From the NCBI GenBank assembly GCA_009602735.1, contig WELA01003597.1, positions 875,157 to 938,891 of the forward strand: DNA of 63,735 bases, in the 5' to 3' direction. A model generated the notes under the pieces. That model was not told the DNA's origin, ran no database searches, and worked only from the letters and a program-made list of their open reading frames with translations. A program made the translations under genes and the position numbers. Shown here piece by piece: positions 22,137 to 36,298 of this stretch; the first letter of the stretch is position 1; each line of letters starts with the position of its first letter. This DNA comes from Mesotaenium endlicherianum. Taxonomy: Eukaryota.

Positions 22137-24447
22137 CACAAGCATCATTAGGGTCATTGCATTGAGCAGCAAGGACTCTGAGCATGGTGAGGTGCTCCAG
22201 TACCTCGTGAGGGAAGACCTGAAGCAACTACAGGAGGGCGCGGAGATGTATTTCGCTCCACTTGACCGAGTGTGTCTGGTGAGGGTGATGACGCTCTTCT
22301 GTCAGGATTTCCCACAGAGGACTAAGAGTATGATGATGAAGGGACAGTCTTCCGACTTCCTGTGCCCCGTGTATATTGTACACAAGAGTGGGCTCCAAGA
22401 ATGGAACTTGACGCTGAGTGATGTTGTGCCGCGCACTGAGGAAGAGGCCAGGCGTTACAAGGTGGAGGTCGGGGAGGCGCGTGAAGAGGCAGCAGCTAAG
22501 AAGACATCTTGGGAAGAGGCCAACCAAGAGGTGCTAGATGAGAAATTTGGGAAGAAAACAAAGAGGGAGTGTGAGGCAGAGGTGAAGAGGTTGAAGTCAG
22601 TTCATGCAGCGTCTGCAAAGAGATTGGATGGAGAGGAGAAAGGTCACAGTGGCTATGGATGGGAGAAGAGTCCACTGGAGGAATTGCCCGGGTGGGATCG
22701 AATACTCTAGATGCCTTTGGAGCCTTTTCACCTGTTTGCACTGGGTATCACAAAGGCGTTGGCGGAGAATACATTGGGGAGTGCGGCGCACTGCGCTTGA
22801 ACGGCTTTCGAGAAGATGGAATTCAGCTACAGGGCCAACATGGCGAGGGTGAACAAAGGCGACGACAAGGTGAAGAAGCCCATGTACGACCACGGCACTT
22901 ACACGGGGATGACATTCATGGCCCTCGCACCCCTCATGCCTCAACTGCTGCGCCCATTTTGTCATCCGAGGGTGCAAACGCTCTACACAAAACAGACCTA
23001 CTTCAACACGGACAAGTTCAAGCACAGGCTGAAGGCACTGAAGCTTTGGGTGAAGCTCTGCGCCCTCATACAGATTTATTTAGCGAGCTCCCTCAGCCAA
23101 GGGGACGTCGACGAGATAGAGAGGCTAGCACAGGACTACCACATAGACTTTGTGCATGCATTCCTTGTGGGAGAGGCCGATGCCGAGGCGAGAGTCACTT
23201 AAAAACTCAACGGCGCAAGGCACAGCCTGCATTCTCTGCTACAATACAGCTCTGCCGTGGAGCAGTACGGCCCTATGGTGCACCTGTGGGGCCAGTCCTT
23301 TGAGAACGAGCACAAGCACGGGAAGAACAACATGCCGACTCTCAATAACAAACATTGCCTGGACAGATCCAAGTGGCTGCTGTATAGGACTCTGGTGAGG
23401 ATGTGCATGATGGACATCTTCAGGGGCCACGGTCACACAGTCACTCGGTTCATGGGAATGGCCAAACAAGTGGTGGAGGCTGTGAGAAGAAGCAATTTCA
23501 TGAGAAGACTCAGTGTTGTAGGACCTCATGCGGGGGAAGCAAACACACGCCTAGTGCCAAACAGCGAGGCCGGCGAACTCAGGGAGGTCTACACAAAGTT
23601 GCAAGTGGCCTCCATCTTGCTCTGTTATGGGGCTATCGGCAACGGGTGATGCTCCGACACCTGCCTGCTTCATATTGCATATTCTCGTCGCATGCAATCT
23701 TCAAGTCTACTGTGCAAGCCACCGACACGGGTGGGAGTTCTTGAGGCATGCAAAGTGGTGATGAATGATTCTCATTCTGTTCCTCCCTCGAAATGCAACT
23801 GTGCAACTGGATCGGGAAACACAAAGATCGTTGCCACATGGAGTTGGAGGGAATTGGACCCACAAAGGAGCACATGGAGTGGAAGTACCGCTCACTCTTG
23901 GGGTTCGACAAAAAGATCTTGGGCGATGGCCTTCAGGAGGACGGGAGCCGGCAAAATGTCTCTGCCAAAGAATGGATTGATGGACGCATATATATGTGCC
24001 TCAAGGCTTTAAAGGAGGGCCCAAGGAGACCTTCAGAGTGGAGGATCACGTGTCGGTAGCCGCCAACGGATTAGCCAGAGGAGCTGAGAGAAAGAACAGG
24101 CACGTGTGGATTGCCAGAGAGGAAAACTCTTCGTGCACGTCATGCACCTCATCCCTCATCCCATGGACAGGCGGGAGAACCTTGGGGGAACCATGGAATA
24201 TTTATGGGCTCTGAGGAGGTCGCTGAAGCCTGTACGCGATAGGAGAGGAGGCTTCATCATCGATGAGTTCACAACGTTTTCGGTCTTCACGCTCGAGAAG
24301 AATCCAGTCGTCATACCTGCATCCCAAATCATTATAGCGATGCAGGTGGAGAGGTGCTGCTGGGAGAAGGAGGCTCTACCCAAGTATGTCACCAGATATG
24401 ATAAGAAGGACATGGGTCGAGATGTCAATGGAGAGCTGCTCCTTGCC
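22137..24447 (+). pseudogene. CMC-superfamily (CACTA/Plavaka-like) transposase, fragment 2; frameshifted
   Basis: LVREDLKQLQEG...LFCQDFP...KGQSSDFLCP (second Asp and degenerate CxxC region); HSL...EQYGPMVHLWGQSFENEHK (GP....W...FE motif); beta-rich C-terminal region. Confidence 0.75.
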
Positions 24448-25165
24448 TGAAATGAATGAACTTACCAAATAGGCGACTAACAATTAATAAAGATGTTTAT
24501 ATCCGCAAGTAATCTTTATGCTATTTTCTGTTAAATGATTAAACAGCAAAAGGCAACACACTAGCAGTATACTATACTTGCAAGTCAAATGCAAGTAACT
24601 AGCATCATTAATGCAATCAGTAAACTCATACATAAGCAAGGCTGCAAGGCAGTGCATATCAATGGCTTCTCGCCTTGGATTCAGATATCTCTCGGTATGC
24701 TGTACAAGAAAGTTGGCCTCGTTTCCGAATGTCGAGCTCGAGAGCAATACCTAGCATATGTGCATGGAATGAGTTTACTGCTCAATGGCAAGTGCGATGG
24801 CACCGCCTAAACGGGAGTTAGCCACGTTGGTAGGACCTCGATTAACCCAATCCACCGCTATCTCTCATCATCCCGAATCGCCATCCAACCTAAGGATGTC
24901 ATCTGGCCATTCATCTAGCATACCACACTTAGATGCATATTTAGGCAGTTGGCTGCTACCGAGTACGGAAGTCAGTTGCCTGTCAAAGAATGTGTCAGCA
25001 AGCTGACGTAAGTTGACTTCAACTTGCTGCTTCCGACTGAGTCATTAAATCAATAATTTTATAAAGTCCAGCAGATTGAATATTCACTAAAGTTCAGCAG
25101 GTTGAACTGAATTAACTATTACAATTAAATGAATATTACATCTACCAATACACTGATTCATTACA
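24448..25165 (-). repeat. 3' LTR of element C
   Basis: TGAAATG...CATTACA, homologous to the B LTRs. Confidence 0.94.
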
Positions 25166-25505
25166 ATCCCTCCAACTTAAATTGTTTTCGCCTCGACAAC
25201 ATCAAACTATAAAAATAGCTTAGTAAGGAAACTAACAGAACTAACCCCCCACCGCCTGCCTCTTGCTTCAACACTGTTGCCTAGCTGTGGGGATCACTAG
25301 TGACAGTGAACTGTCACCTCCACCCTCAGTCCACTTTCGTTGTGGGGTGCAAACAGAGAGACCTCCAACAAGGCTTGACCGAAAGATGGTTTTGATGTCT
25401 AAGGGGTTGTTCCTGGGGCTTCAAGATCAGGAGACTGAAATTTGGACCTAGATCTAGACAGCCCTCTAGGTTTGTCAGCCGGTCTTCTAAAGAACCCTGT
25501 TTGGT

Positions 25506-27088
25506 CTAAAGTTGGACCTCGAGGAGAACGAAGGATGGTAGCCTGCTCTTCAACCACTGGGTGTTGATCCCCACATAGACACGCATTCCAGTGGGATGCT
25601 GAAATACATTGGCAAGAGGTACATGTCCCTGAACGAAGGGGGAGGCCGACATACCTCTGGCTACTCCGCGTGTCCCTCTCCTGGTACCCTTGTCCTCTGA
25701 GGTTTTCTGCCTTTCTCTGCTGCCAAGTACAGGCAGATCAGCTTTTTCCCCTGCTTGGGCAGGTGAGCTAGGAGAACAAGTGCGGGGTCCTGTTGCCCCC
25801 ACAGTAGGGATAACATTCCATACACCTGATCTTCGCGCCCTGAGGGTCCCTGCTTTTGCCTGCCCCTGAGTCTCCTGAGCACCAGCACCTGATGCCTCTC
25901 CTCTGCCCTGTTCTTCTTCCTCATCCTCCTCATCTTCCTCCTTTGAGAGGGTAGGGGTCTCGTCCACCAAGTCATCCTGCTCCCTTGTAAACATGGAAAA
26001 ATCTACTAACCTCCCTTTCTTATAACAAGCTGGAGGTTATTGGCCTTCAGCCTCTTGATATCTATCCGGCTTGCATTCTTTGCCCATTTGACAAAGGCAT
26101 GCTTCCTTATAGAGAAATAGTCCCTTCCCCTCCGCCTGTGCTCCTTGGTTTCTGTATTACTCAGGCATCCATTAAGCCTGGGGTCCCAAGGGGCAATGTG
26201 AGGTGGTAGGATGAGGTAGCCGTCCAGCCTATAGTGGAAGTCATCTGGGTGAGCCCGGTCACAATCCTGCCTTCTATTCGTGACGGTCATCCACCTCCAG
26301 TCTGTGGGCTGCTAGTAATACTGTGGCCCATGCTCAGCCTTTTCCAGCTTACAAGGAAAGTAGTGGGGGGAGAACATCTGCTGCCCTGTTTCCTTGGCCA
26401 AGTACTCCCAGCTCCTCCTCTCAACTTCATTGTAGGCTGGCAGCAGTGTCAGGTAAAATACTGTATCTTTAAAGCTATTGGGCTGCATGCTCACCATCCT
26501 GATGAGTCTCTGATCCCCCACTAGGCGAGGCACTGGTACTGGCTTATCTTCTGAGTCATCTGCAAGAAACCGTGCCTGCTCTGCCGTATACCCCACCATC
26601 TTGGCATAATCTTCGTAGAGGACCACACTCGTGTGTGTCTCAATGAACCTATCCAGAGCTTCGATTCCTTGTCTCTGTAGCATTGTTCTCTATTCCACCT
26701 TGTTAATCTCCTGGGCTGCCAGTATACTTCCTTCAGGTCATCAAAGGCCACCCACCACAGTATATTTGTAAGTGGCCAGGCTCTTTTGCCACTCGAGTTC
26801 AGCCTTCTTCCTTCTCTCCTCCTCTCTTGTCGCCGCTTCCTCTTGTTGCTTCTTCTGTCTCTCCTCCTCAGCTTTCCTGAGACTTTTTGCCTCCTGCTCC
26901 TTCTTCCTCTGTGCTTCATCTGCCACCTCTTGTTCTTTGCGGACCCTTACTTGTTCTCGCCTTGTGAGGGACGTCACCGCCAGCTCTTTCTGATACTGCT
27001 CCATTGTCCTCCCGCCTTCTTCTGCCTTGCGCAATCTGTCTTCCTTTTGTGTGGTGGGAGCCAACCTGCACATGTAACCAGGGCACAA
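25506..27088 (-). pseudogene. ORF3 subtype 2 of element C
   Basis: CPGYMCRLAPTTQKED N-terminus; YEDYAKMVGY, YNEVERRSWEYLA, PTDWRWMT, LPPHIAPWDPRLNG, KHAFVKWA, GHVPLANVFQHPTG match the B/D ORF3 motifs. Confidence 0.85.
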
Positions 27089-27465
27089 GGTAGTAGGATT
27101 TCAATCTTTGTCAGAGGAAATGCAGGAAGAGAAGTAGTTGGTATTATTATGGTGGTAGGTTTGTTCCCATTTCACCTTATAGGGTGATTACTAGGAGTCA
27201 ATGGGGCTGCAGTGCAATGACAATAAACGGATGAATGTGTGTGCAGGATGAGTTAAGTGAATTGTTGAAGTGCTGGTCCCTTTCTCCTTCCGAGTGGTGG
27301 GCACTCTCCAACTTAGCTTAATGTGGGCCTGCACTATGCTGACACTTTACTGTCAACAACTGTTCCTTTCTCGCACACTAACTGTCATTTACTGCCACAT
27401 TTCCCCTCCAACTTAAATGGAGACAGGACCTCCATGTCACCTTCCCATGTCAAGTGAAATGACTA

Positions 27466-30400
27466 TTAGGGAGGTGCCCCAGACGCTCAAAGGTGGAACC
27501 GTTTCAACGCCCCTTTGGCATTGGTCAAATGGTCCTTCAATTCCCAAGTATCCTCCGAGGCATCGTGACCCTTTCATTTGACCAGATGTTTCATAACATA
27601 TTTAGATGATCGACGACCTAAGCGAGCGTCTAAAATCTCCTCGACCTCATGTTCCTCAAGGTCACCATCACTGATAGCTAGGACCATCCCAGTCAGACAG
27701 GTAATCAACCGGTGAACAGAACGTCATCCTTGATGTAGAGTTCCAGGAAGGAGACATGAAAGACTGGGTGACCTTTGTATTCCGATACCATGTTCAGTTT
27801 GTAAGCATTCTAACCGATACGGCGCACCACCGAATATGGACCGACCTGGACCGGAGCAAGCTTTTTCTTGACCTCACCAAGAAGGTACAGGTGTTGAGAA
27901 TGCAGTTTGACCAAATTCCCATTTGAGAATGTTAGCTCCCGACGGTGTTGATTAGCGTATTTTTTGTTGATTTTTGTGGACTTTGTGCCGATTGTGTTGG
28001 ACTTCTGACAGGGTGTCAGCAAACTCCTGAGTTAACTGGAGCGACAGCGGGTTCTCGATCCCCTCAGGGTGAGTTAAAGACTCCCCTAGCACATCTAAGG
28101 GAGACGTAGGGACTCTACCCAGACTGAGTTCAAAAGGAATTTTTCCCGTTGACGCATGCACCGCACTGTTGACCGCAATTTAAATTTGAGGCAACGGGTC
28201 ATCCCAAATATATTATTTTTGGTTAATATATGCTCTCAGCACCTCTTGCAGAACTTGGTTAGTTCTTTCAGTCTGCCCATCAGTCTGAGGGTGGTTTGCT
28301 GTGCTGAGCAGCTAATTGACTCCCATAAACTCCATTAAAGCTCTCTAAAACTTAGAGGCAAATTTTGAGTCTCTGTCTGAGATAATATTAGAGGGTAGCC
28401 CATGTTGGCATACTACATGGTTGTAGAACATTCTCGCAGTTTCAAGTGCAGTTACTTTAACAGTGGTGGGAATGAAAATGACCATTTTTGTCAATTTATC
28501 CACTACTACCAGTATAGAATCATGCCCATTGGCAGTTCTTGGTATTGTTACCTTCCAGTCCATGGATATTGTTTCCCAGCGTCCAGCTGGGATGGGTAGT
28601 GGTTGTAATAGCCCCCTGGGTGGTGTGTACTTAGACTTATTCTTTTGACACTGATCACAGGACTTAACATATTTCAAGTCCTCCTGAGGCAACCCATTCC
28701 AATGATAATGTTTTGCCAAATTGCCAACAGTTTTGGCCTGCCCCAAATATCCACCCAGTAAACTGTCATGTGCTTGACTCAGTAAGAGTGACCTTATTTC
28801 CAAGTTATTTGGAATAACCAGTTTCAGTCTGCATGAAGCGATTTCAATCACCCAGACCCCTCGCTTTAGCCTATACCCGAGTGCAGTAGCAGGACACACA
28901 CCATCGGTGGGGTTGGGCTCAAAGGTTGGGTCGCAAAGGTAGGCTTTTCTAAGCTGTTCCAGGAAGGACTTTTTCACCTTTAGTGAAGTGAGTGCACAAA
29001 GAACTTTGTCTACAGCATGTTGACTAAAGTTCCTTTCTTGCAAGTCACGTCTTCCAGAGAGTGCATCAGCAGGATTCAACTTCCCTCGTTTGTAGTCGAT
29101 CTGGACTTGGAACTGCTCCAGCATCTGGCTCCAGCGGTTCTCCCTCCTCGACAGCTTGGACTTCTTCTGAAAGTGAGTCAGAGCTAGATGATCTGTAATC
29201 ACCGTAAACGCTTTACCATGTAAGTATGCTCTCCACTGTTTGAGGACATGAATGATAACAAGCAGCTCTTTATCATGCACAGAATAGTTGATTTCAGCTG
29301 GATTGAATTTCATAGACTCATACAGCACAGGGTGCCAAACCTGCTTTACCTTACCATCCTTTGTGGTTTTGTCAGTAGGCTGCAACAAAATAGCACCCAT
29401 GGCAAAGCCAGAAGCATTAGTAACCACATGCACAGGTTTGCTGGGATCGTACACAGCTAAGACTGGAGCAGAACAGAGAGCATCTTTAAGGGTCTGAAAG
29501 GCAGCTTGCTGCTCTTTCCCCCACACATACCAGATGTTCTTCTTAGTAAGGTCACTCAGTTTACTCGCCTTGGTCGAATAATTTTCAGTGAATCTTCTGC
29601 AATAGTTAGCCAACCCGAGGAAGGATGTAACTTCCAAGACAGAATGTGGTATTGGCCAGACCCTTATGGTCTAGACTTTCTTAGGTTCCACACTAATGCC
29701 TGCCTTACTGACAACGTGGCCAAAGAATTCAATACTTCTTTTAAAGAAAGCACACTTGCTCATTTTAGCATATGACTGATTTCTTTTTAAAGTCTCCATG
29801 ACTGTCCTTAAGTGCTCAGCATGCTCAGTTTCATTTTTAGAGAAAATTAAAAAATCATCCAAGAAGATTTGCACAAACTTATCCAAGTAAGGCCTGAAAA
29901 CGTCATTCATAGCATTGATGAAGGTCGCAGGAGCATTAGTCAATCCAAATGGCATCACATTGAACTCAGAGTGTCCATAACGGGTGCAAAAAGCAATCTT
30001 GTGTTCGTCCCCCTCAGCAATTCTGATTTGACGATACCCACTCTTAAGATCTATCTAACTGAACACTTTAGCACCAGACATAGTATCAAGCGAGTCCTCG
30101 ATTTTGGGTAAAGCATCCTCGTTCTTTACTGTAATTCTGTTAAGAGCTCTGTAAGCCACACACATCCGTATACTTTCATTTTTTTTCTTAACAAATAAGA
30201 TGGGTGCGCCATAAGGTGATTTATTGGGGGAAATATAACCATTTTCCTCCAGCTCTGCAATCTGTGTTTTTAACTCTTCGCTCTCCATATAAGACAGGCC
30301 ATAAGTGCGTTGCCAAGGTGGCTGACTTCCACGTAATAAATCAATCCTATGATCTACTTGCCTCTTAGGGGGCGATCCTGGAGGCATATTAAAAACATCA

Positions 30401-31270
30401 GCATATCGAGCAACAATTTTTGCAGCAGTAGGGTGCTCCGGAGGGCTTACCTTTTTCTCAACCACTTCTTCAGGTTGAGGAGGTACCTCTTTCAGCAGCA
30501 GACAGAACGTTCTGTTGTCCTTCTGGTTCCAACTTTCGATGAACTCCATTGCATTCAGCAATTTGCATCCTCCTGGAAGCCTCTTCTTTTCCTTTATTTG
30601 CCATCCATACAGGACAAGAGGAAGAGTACTGGTGGGTGCCAAGTTAGTCTGCCTATCACTGGCTCCTTTCACTTTAACTGTACCTTTGCTCCAACACACT
30701 TCAGCTTGATGTCTATTAAGCCAGGACCTGCCTAGCACGAGATCATAATAGCCAGTGTTGAGTACCTCAAGTGTAAGCATTTCAGTCATAACTGCAATGC
30801 CTAACTGGACCTCAACAGGCTTGGTTATAACTCCTCCCGGGATACTTGAGGCATCTCCAAGGAATATTTTTCTATTCCCTTGGGTGACAGTAGGCAGCCT
30901 TAGCCGCTTAACTAAGTCCTCATGAATAAAAGTATGTGACGCCCCTCCATCAACAAATGCCCTCACCTTCCTACCTGCAACCATACAATGCAGTAGCATA
31001 GGGGGGACTGACTTTTCCTGCCTTTCGCATTGTTCTCCTGACTAAGCAAAGAAATGTTGGACATCAGGTGGAATAAGATCACCCAGAGTGTGCACTCTTT
31101 GGAGATCTATATTGCTGATGGTCTCCTTTATCTGTTTGTCAGGCATGCATAGTGAATCCAGTTCAGCAGGACCCATAATACCTGCTACAAGAGCAACTAG
31201 TGACGACTCACTATCTCTAGTATCCTCACAGTCAGTAGACTGGATTACTGACTGTTGCTGTATTTTATAG
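27466..31270 (-). pseudogene. pol: pol of element C
   Basis: ORF pieces 30055..30999, 29671..29958, 28345..29637 and others are collinear with B/E pol. Confidence 0.92.
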
Positions 31271-32385
31271 GCTGGTCCTCTCTCTCGACCTTTGGAAGGT
31301 GCTTGCTAGGACACTGCTCTCTGTAGTGGCCCAACTGTTGGCAATGGTAGCAAATAGATTTTGCTGAGGCTGGTCTCGGCTTAGTCCTACCACCACCTCT
31401 TCTATAGCCACCTCGAGAGTAACCACCTCTCCCTCTAGACTGCTTAGCATTTTTCTCATACTCGTACTCATCACCCTGATCATCCTCAGCCTGGTCCCCT
31501 TCAATTGCATTGTAGGAACCGTGGGGCTTTTTGACAATCTTAGACACCAAAGCATTACTCTGGCGCTTGTGATTGAAGTGTTGCTGATCCCAGGCATTAG
31601 CGTCCTGGATCAAGTCAGCCATTTTTTACATACTTCTTTTCAGCAAAATGACTCGAGACTTCGGATTTCAAGTCATACTTGAAATATGCTATCCTATTCC
31701 GCTCTGGCAAATCTGGCTGCTTCATCATGTTCTCCTGGACCTTTTGAGCAAACTAGGCCCTCTGCCGCCACCACCAGTGGTTTGAGAACTCAGTTGGTCT
31801 CTGTCACGCTGCAAAGTCATAATGATCCTTTTGTCCTCCTGTTCGAACTGATACATGCTTCATTTGCGATTGTATTTGCACAAATAATGCTCCCAGACCT
31901 ACACTCTGAGGTGGGAGTCTAGCAAATGCAGCAGCAGCAGTGGCATCCACTCGCTGAATAGTGCCCCTAACATTTCATCTTGCTCCAGCAACAACAATTC
32001 CTGCCACATTCAGCCGCTCACGAATTTAACCTAGAGGTACATTGAGTTGTACAGCAGGAGGTGAGTTCAGAACATTGGCCCTTGCTGCCATAAGTTTTTC
32101 GACAGTGCGCTCGTCCGCTGGCTGCCCTTCCTTCCTCTCCACATCCTCAACAGCTTTTGCTAATCGTTCGGCTTCTAATCTGACTCTCTCCTCCTCAGCC
32201 TGCTGTGCTGCGACTCTGGCAATAGCAGCTGCCTCATCTGCAGCCTCTCTAAGTGCAATATTTGCCACAGCTTCAGAATAGGTACGGGTTCCCGCTACAT
32301 GGCTTTCAGCCTGGTTTCCGACATTCTCGTTATCCTGGTTTTCCATGTCTCGAGAGTTGCTAGTTTGAGATTGTGTCCTTACCAT
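31245..32385 (-). pseudogene. gag: gag of element C (internal deletion near 31750)
   Basis: MVRTQSQT N-terminus and CYHCQQLGHYREQC C-terminus; central LKGSAADWW region is missing. Confidence 0.9.
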
Positions 32386-32419
32386 ACAAAAAAGACTGTG
32401 ATAACTGGTCCGATACCAC

Positions 32420-32971
32420 TGAAATGAGTTGACTTGTCATATAGGCGATTAAGTATTAATCAAAATCATTATATCAGCAAGTAATCTTTATGGTATTTTC
32501 TGTTGATTGATTAAACAGCAAAAGACAACACACTAGCAATATACAATACTCGCAAGTCAAATGCAAGTAACTAGCATCAAGAATGCAATCAGTAGACTTA
32601 TATATAAGCAAGGCTAGAAGACAGTGCATATCAATGGCTTCTCGCCTTGGATTCAGATATCTCTCAGTAAGCTGCACAAGAGAGTTGGCCTCGTTTCCGA
32701 ATGCCGACTCGAGAGCAAAACCTAGCATATGTACATAGATTGAGTTTACTGTTCAACGGCAAGTGCGATGGCACCACCTACCCGGGAGTTAACCACGTTG
32801 GTAGGACCTCGGTTAACCAAATCCACCGCCATCTCCCATTATCCCAAATTGCCATCCAACCTAAGGATGTCATTTGGCCATTGATCTAGCATACCACACT
32901 TAGATGCATATCTAAGCAGTTCGCTGCTACCAAGTACGGAAGTCGCTGGCTGTCAAAGAATGTGTCAGCAA
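32420..32971 (-). repeat. Truncated 5' LTR of element C
   Basis: Homology stops after TGTGTCAGCAA; the outer end is missing. Confidence 0.9.
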
Positions 32972-33754
32972 TGGTGGTGGCTAAAGGCGAATGCAAAGAA
33001 CCCTCGTGTCTTATAATTGGCAGGTGTAAATTGAAGATCAAGCACAATGATTTGTTGTGCAAGAAGTTTCCTCTCAACCAATTCCAGAGCCGTGCACCAA
33101 AGTTGCATCAGATCGAGGACTGTATACGTTAATTGAGGCAAGTAGATTACTCTCAAAGGCATGCAGCATAGCATACGAGAAGTGCTTGGCGCTGTTGCAC
33201 GTCACTTGAGCTTAGAGGAGGTGGGGTACCAGAGGGTAGGGTACAGGACCTGAAGTTGTGTATACATTTTAGTCAATCAATCAATTCTCTTGTCGACAGC
33301 TTCCGTTGTAACATATACTTATTTCTTAGTGACATGATGAATGTAATTGCTTGATTTAGTGCAGCTGTGTAACACAAGTACATCACATACTTGTTAAGAT
33401 TATATTGCTCTTTGTTATTGGTGACTTAACATCACACGGCAGAACATGTGCACCGGAGAGAAATGAAAGTACATAAAATCACAATTCTTACTTGTCGACT
33501 GGATAAGATCCTCGAGAGGCCTGAAAATCCCAAGACAATGGAGGAAAAAATGTTGGTACTCGGTATCAACAAGGCGCAAAACCTCTGACACAAGCATCTC
33601 AAAGGCATGCGCACAAATCTTCGATTCACACGGTAGTAGTGCAACTAATGCAACCTATGTATAAAACAACATCGAGTAATGTACAAGGAGGTCACAGAGG
33701 GGACTTGCAACTGCAAGGTGTCTATATGTACAACTCTTAATCCCTTTAAGGCCA

Positions 33755-34498
33755 TGAAATGAATCGACTTACCAACAGGCGATTAATAATTAATAATTAC
33801 CTTTACATTAGCGAGTAATCTTAATGGTATTTTTTGTTAGCTGATTGAACAGCAAAAGACAAATGCACTAGCAATGAACAATACTCGCAAGTCAAATGCA
33901 AGTAAACAAGCATTAATAATGCAATCAATAAACTCATACATAAGCAAGGCTAGAAGTCAATGCGTATCAATGGCTTCTCGCCTTGGATTATCTCTCAATA
34001 AGCAATACAAAAGAGTTGGCCTCGTTTTCGAATGTCGAACTCGCGACCAATACCTAGCATATGCACATGGAATGAGTTTACTGTTCAACGGCAAGTGCGA
34101 TGGCACCTACTACCCGGGAGAAAATCACGCTGGTAGGACGTCGGTTAACCAAATCCACAGCCATCTCCCATCATCCCGAATCGCCATCCACCTCACGAGT
34201 GTCATCTGGCCACTCATCTAGCTCACAACATTTAGATGCATAGCTAGAGAATTTGCTGCTGTCGAGTACAGCAGCCAGCTGACTGTCAAAGAATGTGTCA
34301 GCAAGCTGACACAAGTCAACAGGTTGTTCTAATGGACTTCAGCCTGCTGCTCTCGGCTGAGTCTTTTGACTAAGTATCAAGTATCCAACAGAGTTAAATC
34401 CAGCAGACTAAATATTAACCAAAGTTCAGCAGGCTAAACTTATTTAACCATCATATCCAAATAAATACTATGTTCATCCAATATACTGATTCATTACA
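33755..34498 (-). repeat. 3' LTR of element D
   Basis: TGAAATG...CATTACA; degenerate PPT follows. Confidence 0.93.
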
Positions 34499-34581
34499 AT
34501 CCCTTCATCTTTAATTGTTGTCGACTCGACAACACTTCCTACTATAACAAATTAGCACACATGCAACACAACTAATTGAAT

Positions 34582-36283
34582 CTAAAACAAAGACAATAGC
34601 AAACGAAGTACCAGGGCCTCGATCTTTTGGGGAGCGAGACCTTGAATTGGATCTCCTTCTCCTGTCTGATGGTCTCCTAAAACCTGGGGGCTCAGACCAG
34701 GGTGAACCACGGGGTGAACGCAGCAACTGGCAGCCGGCTCTTGCACTGTCTGCAAGTTGTTGGAGATCGCTCTATCCTGCGCAGCTCTCAAACTGACAGG
34801 GACATACATCGGCATACCGGAGGGGTGCTGCATGATATGAGCTAAGGATGCATGCCCTCTATGAGAAGGGGAGGCTGGTTGCCCTCTAGCTGCCTCTTTA
34901 GCAGCCCTTTTGTCTGCTTTGTGTGACTGAGTCTCACCTCCTTGGGTGGGACTCCTCCTGCTGAAACTCCCCAGCCACTGGAGATCTGAGTCTCTTGGTT
35001 GGCTGGTATCCCCCAGCTGCTGCGGGGCTGCATGTGCAAAGACACTTCCACTCTGCTGTAGAGTGGGAGATGTAGCGGGGGTCTGTACCTCAATAAGACT
35101 AGACTCCTCTCCGGCGCCTTCCTTCTCTTTGTCCTCTTGTTCTTTTGAGACTTCTGGAGTCTCTCTGGTCATCTCCTCCAGCCGTTTCCGAGATAAAGAG
35201 TATCCCACTGACCTCTCCCTTTTGGGTGCCGGTGGGGGTTGCTGGGTCCTGACCGCATATAGGTCTATCTCCCTTTGTTTACTTGCCCATTTGGCATAAG
35301 CATGTTTCCCCTTGAAGAAAGAATCTCTAGCCCTGGTCCTATCCTCCTGTGTCTCCTGACTCATGAAGTCCCTGACTCCATCCAGCCTTTGGTCCCATGC
35401 TGCAATGTGAGGTGGCAGCACTATCTTCCCCTGCAAGTCTGCCAGGAAATCACCTTCCTCAGCTTTGTCATTTTGCTGGTCCTTCATGGTGGTGGTCATC
35501 CAGCGCCAGTCAGTGGGCTGTAGAAAGAAAGTAGGATCCGTCCTCTTCAAAGTACAGGGGTACCAGTGACCTAAAAAATCCAACTGGCAGGTCTCTCTTG
35601 CCAAGAACTCTCAGCTTCTTCTCTCCACCTCGTTATATATGGCCTTGAATCGGTTGTGGGAAGTGGTATCCTTGAAGCTGTCTGTATGCATAGGGATCAA
35701 CCTGATGCCCCTGCCTATGCCTCAGATCCCAAGTATTGGCACCGTTTCAGATTTACCTATCTGGGCCAATGCTTTGACCTCCCGCATCGTATATCCCACC
35801 ATCTTGGCATAGGTCATGGTACAATAGAAGCCCTGTGCTGACCTCCATGTACTTGTCAAAACCTTGAGCCGTCTCCCCTTTCCCCTATAGTATGTCCTTC
35901 TGTGCTTCACTTCGGCTTCTCTGGGCGTACTTAAAGGCTTCCTCCAAAAGATTAAAGCCCTTGCCCATCACCGTGTTGCAATAGCTTTTGATTCTCCTCT
36001 GTTCCTCCTCAGCATGCTGCTTTCGCCTCTCCTCAGCCAACCTTTGTTCCTCCGCCTTCTTGGCTTCCTCTGCAACTCTTTTGTCCTGCTCCTCCTGTCT
36101 CAACCTGGCCTTTTCTTCCTCCTCCTTCCTCTTCTGAGCCTCCCGCTGTAGTCGGAGTTGCTCTGATTCTCGAGAAGAGATGGAGGATGATTCCATGTCG
36201 CCATGGAACTCCTTGTACTCCGCTTGCGCCTCGTTCGCCCTTCTTTTCCTCTCGAGTTCAGACACTTGAGTCATCTTGCTCAT
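34582..36283 (-). pseudogene. ORF3 subtype 1 of element D
   Basis: MSKMTQVSELERKRR start; WYPCTLKRTDP, PTDWRWMT, LPPHIAAWDQRLDG, QHPSGMP motifs; closely resembles B ORF3. Confidence 0.87.
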
Positions 36284-36298
36284 TCCACTACAGTCCAC

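Larger units (their letters stand above)
24448..32971 (-). mobile_element. Element C: family B copy, degenerate; internal gag deletion and truncated 5' LTR
   Basis: LTR 24448..25165, PPT 25168-25180, ORF3, pol, gag, PBS 32407-32418; second LTR from 32420 loses homology at ~32971; no matching TSD. Confidence 0.93.
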
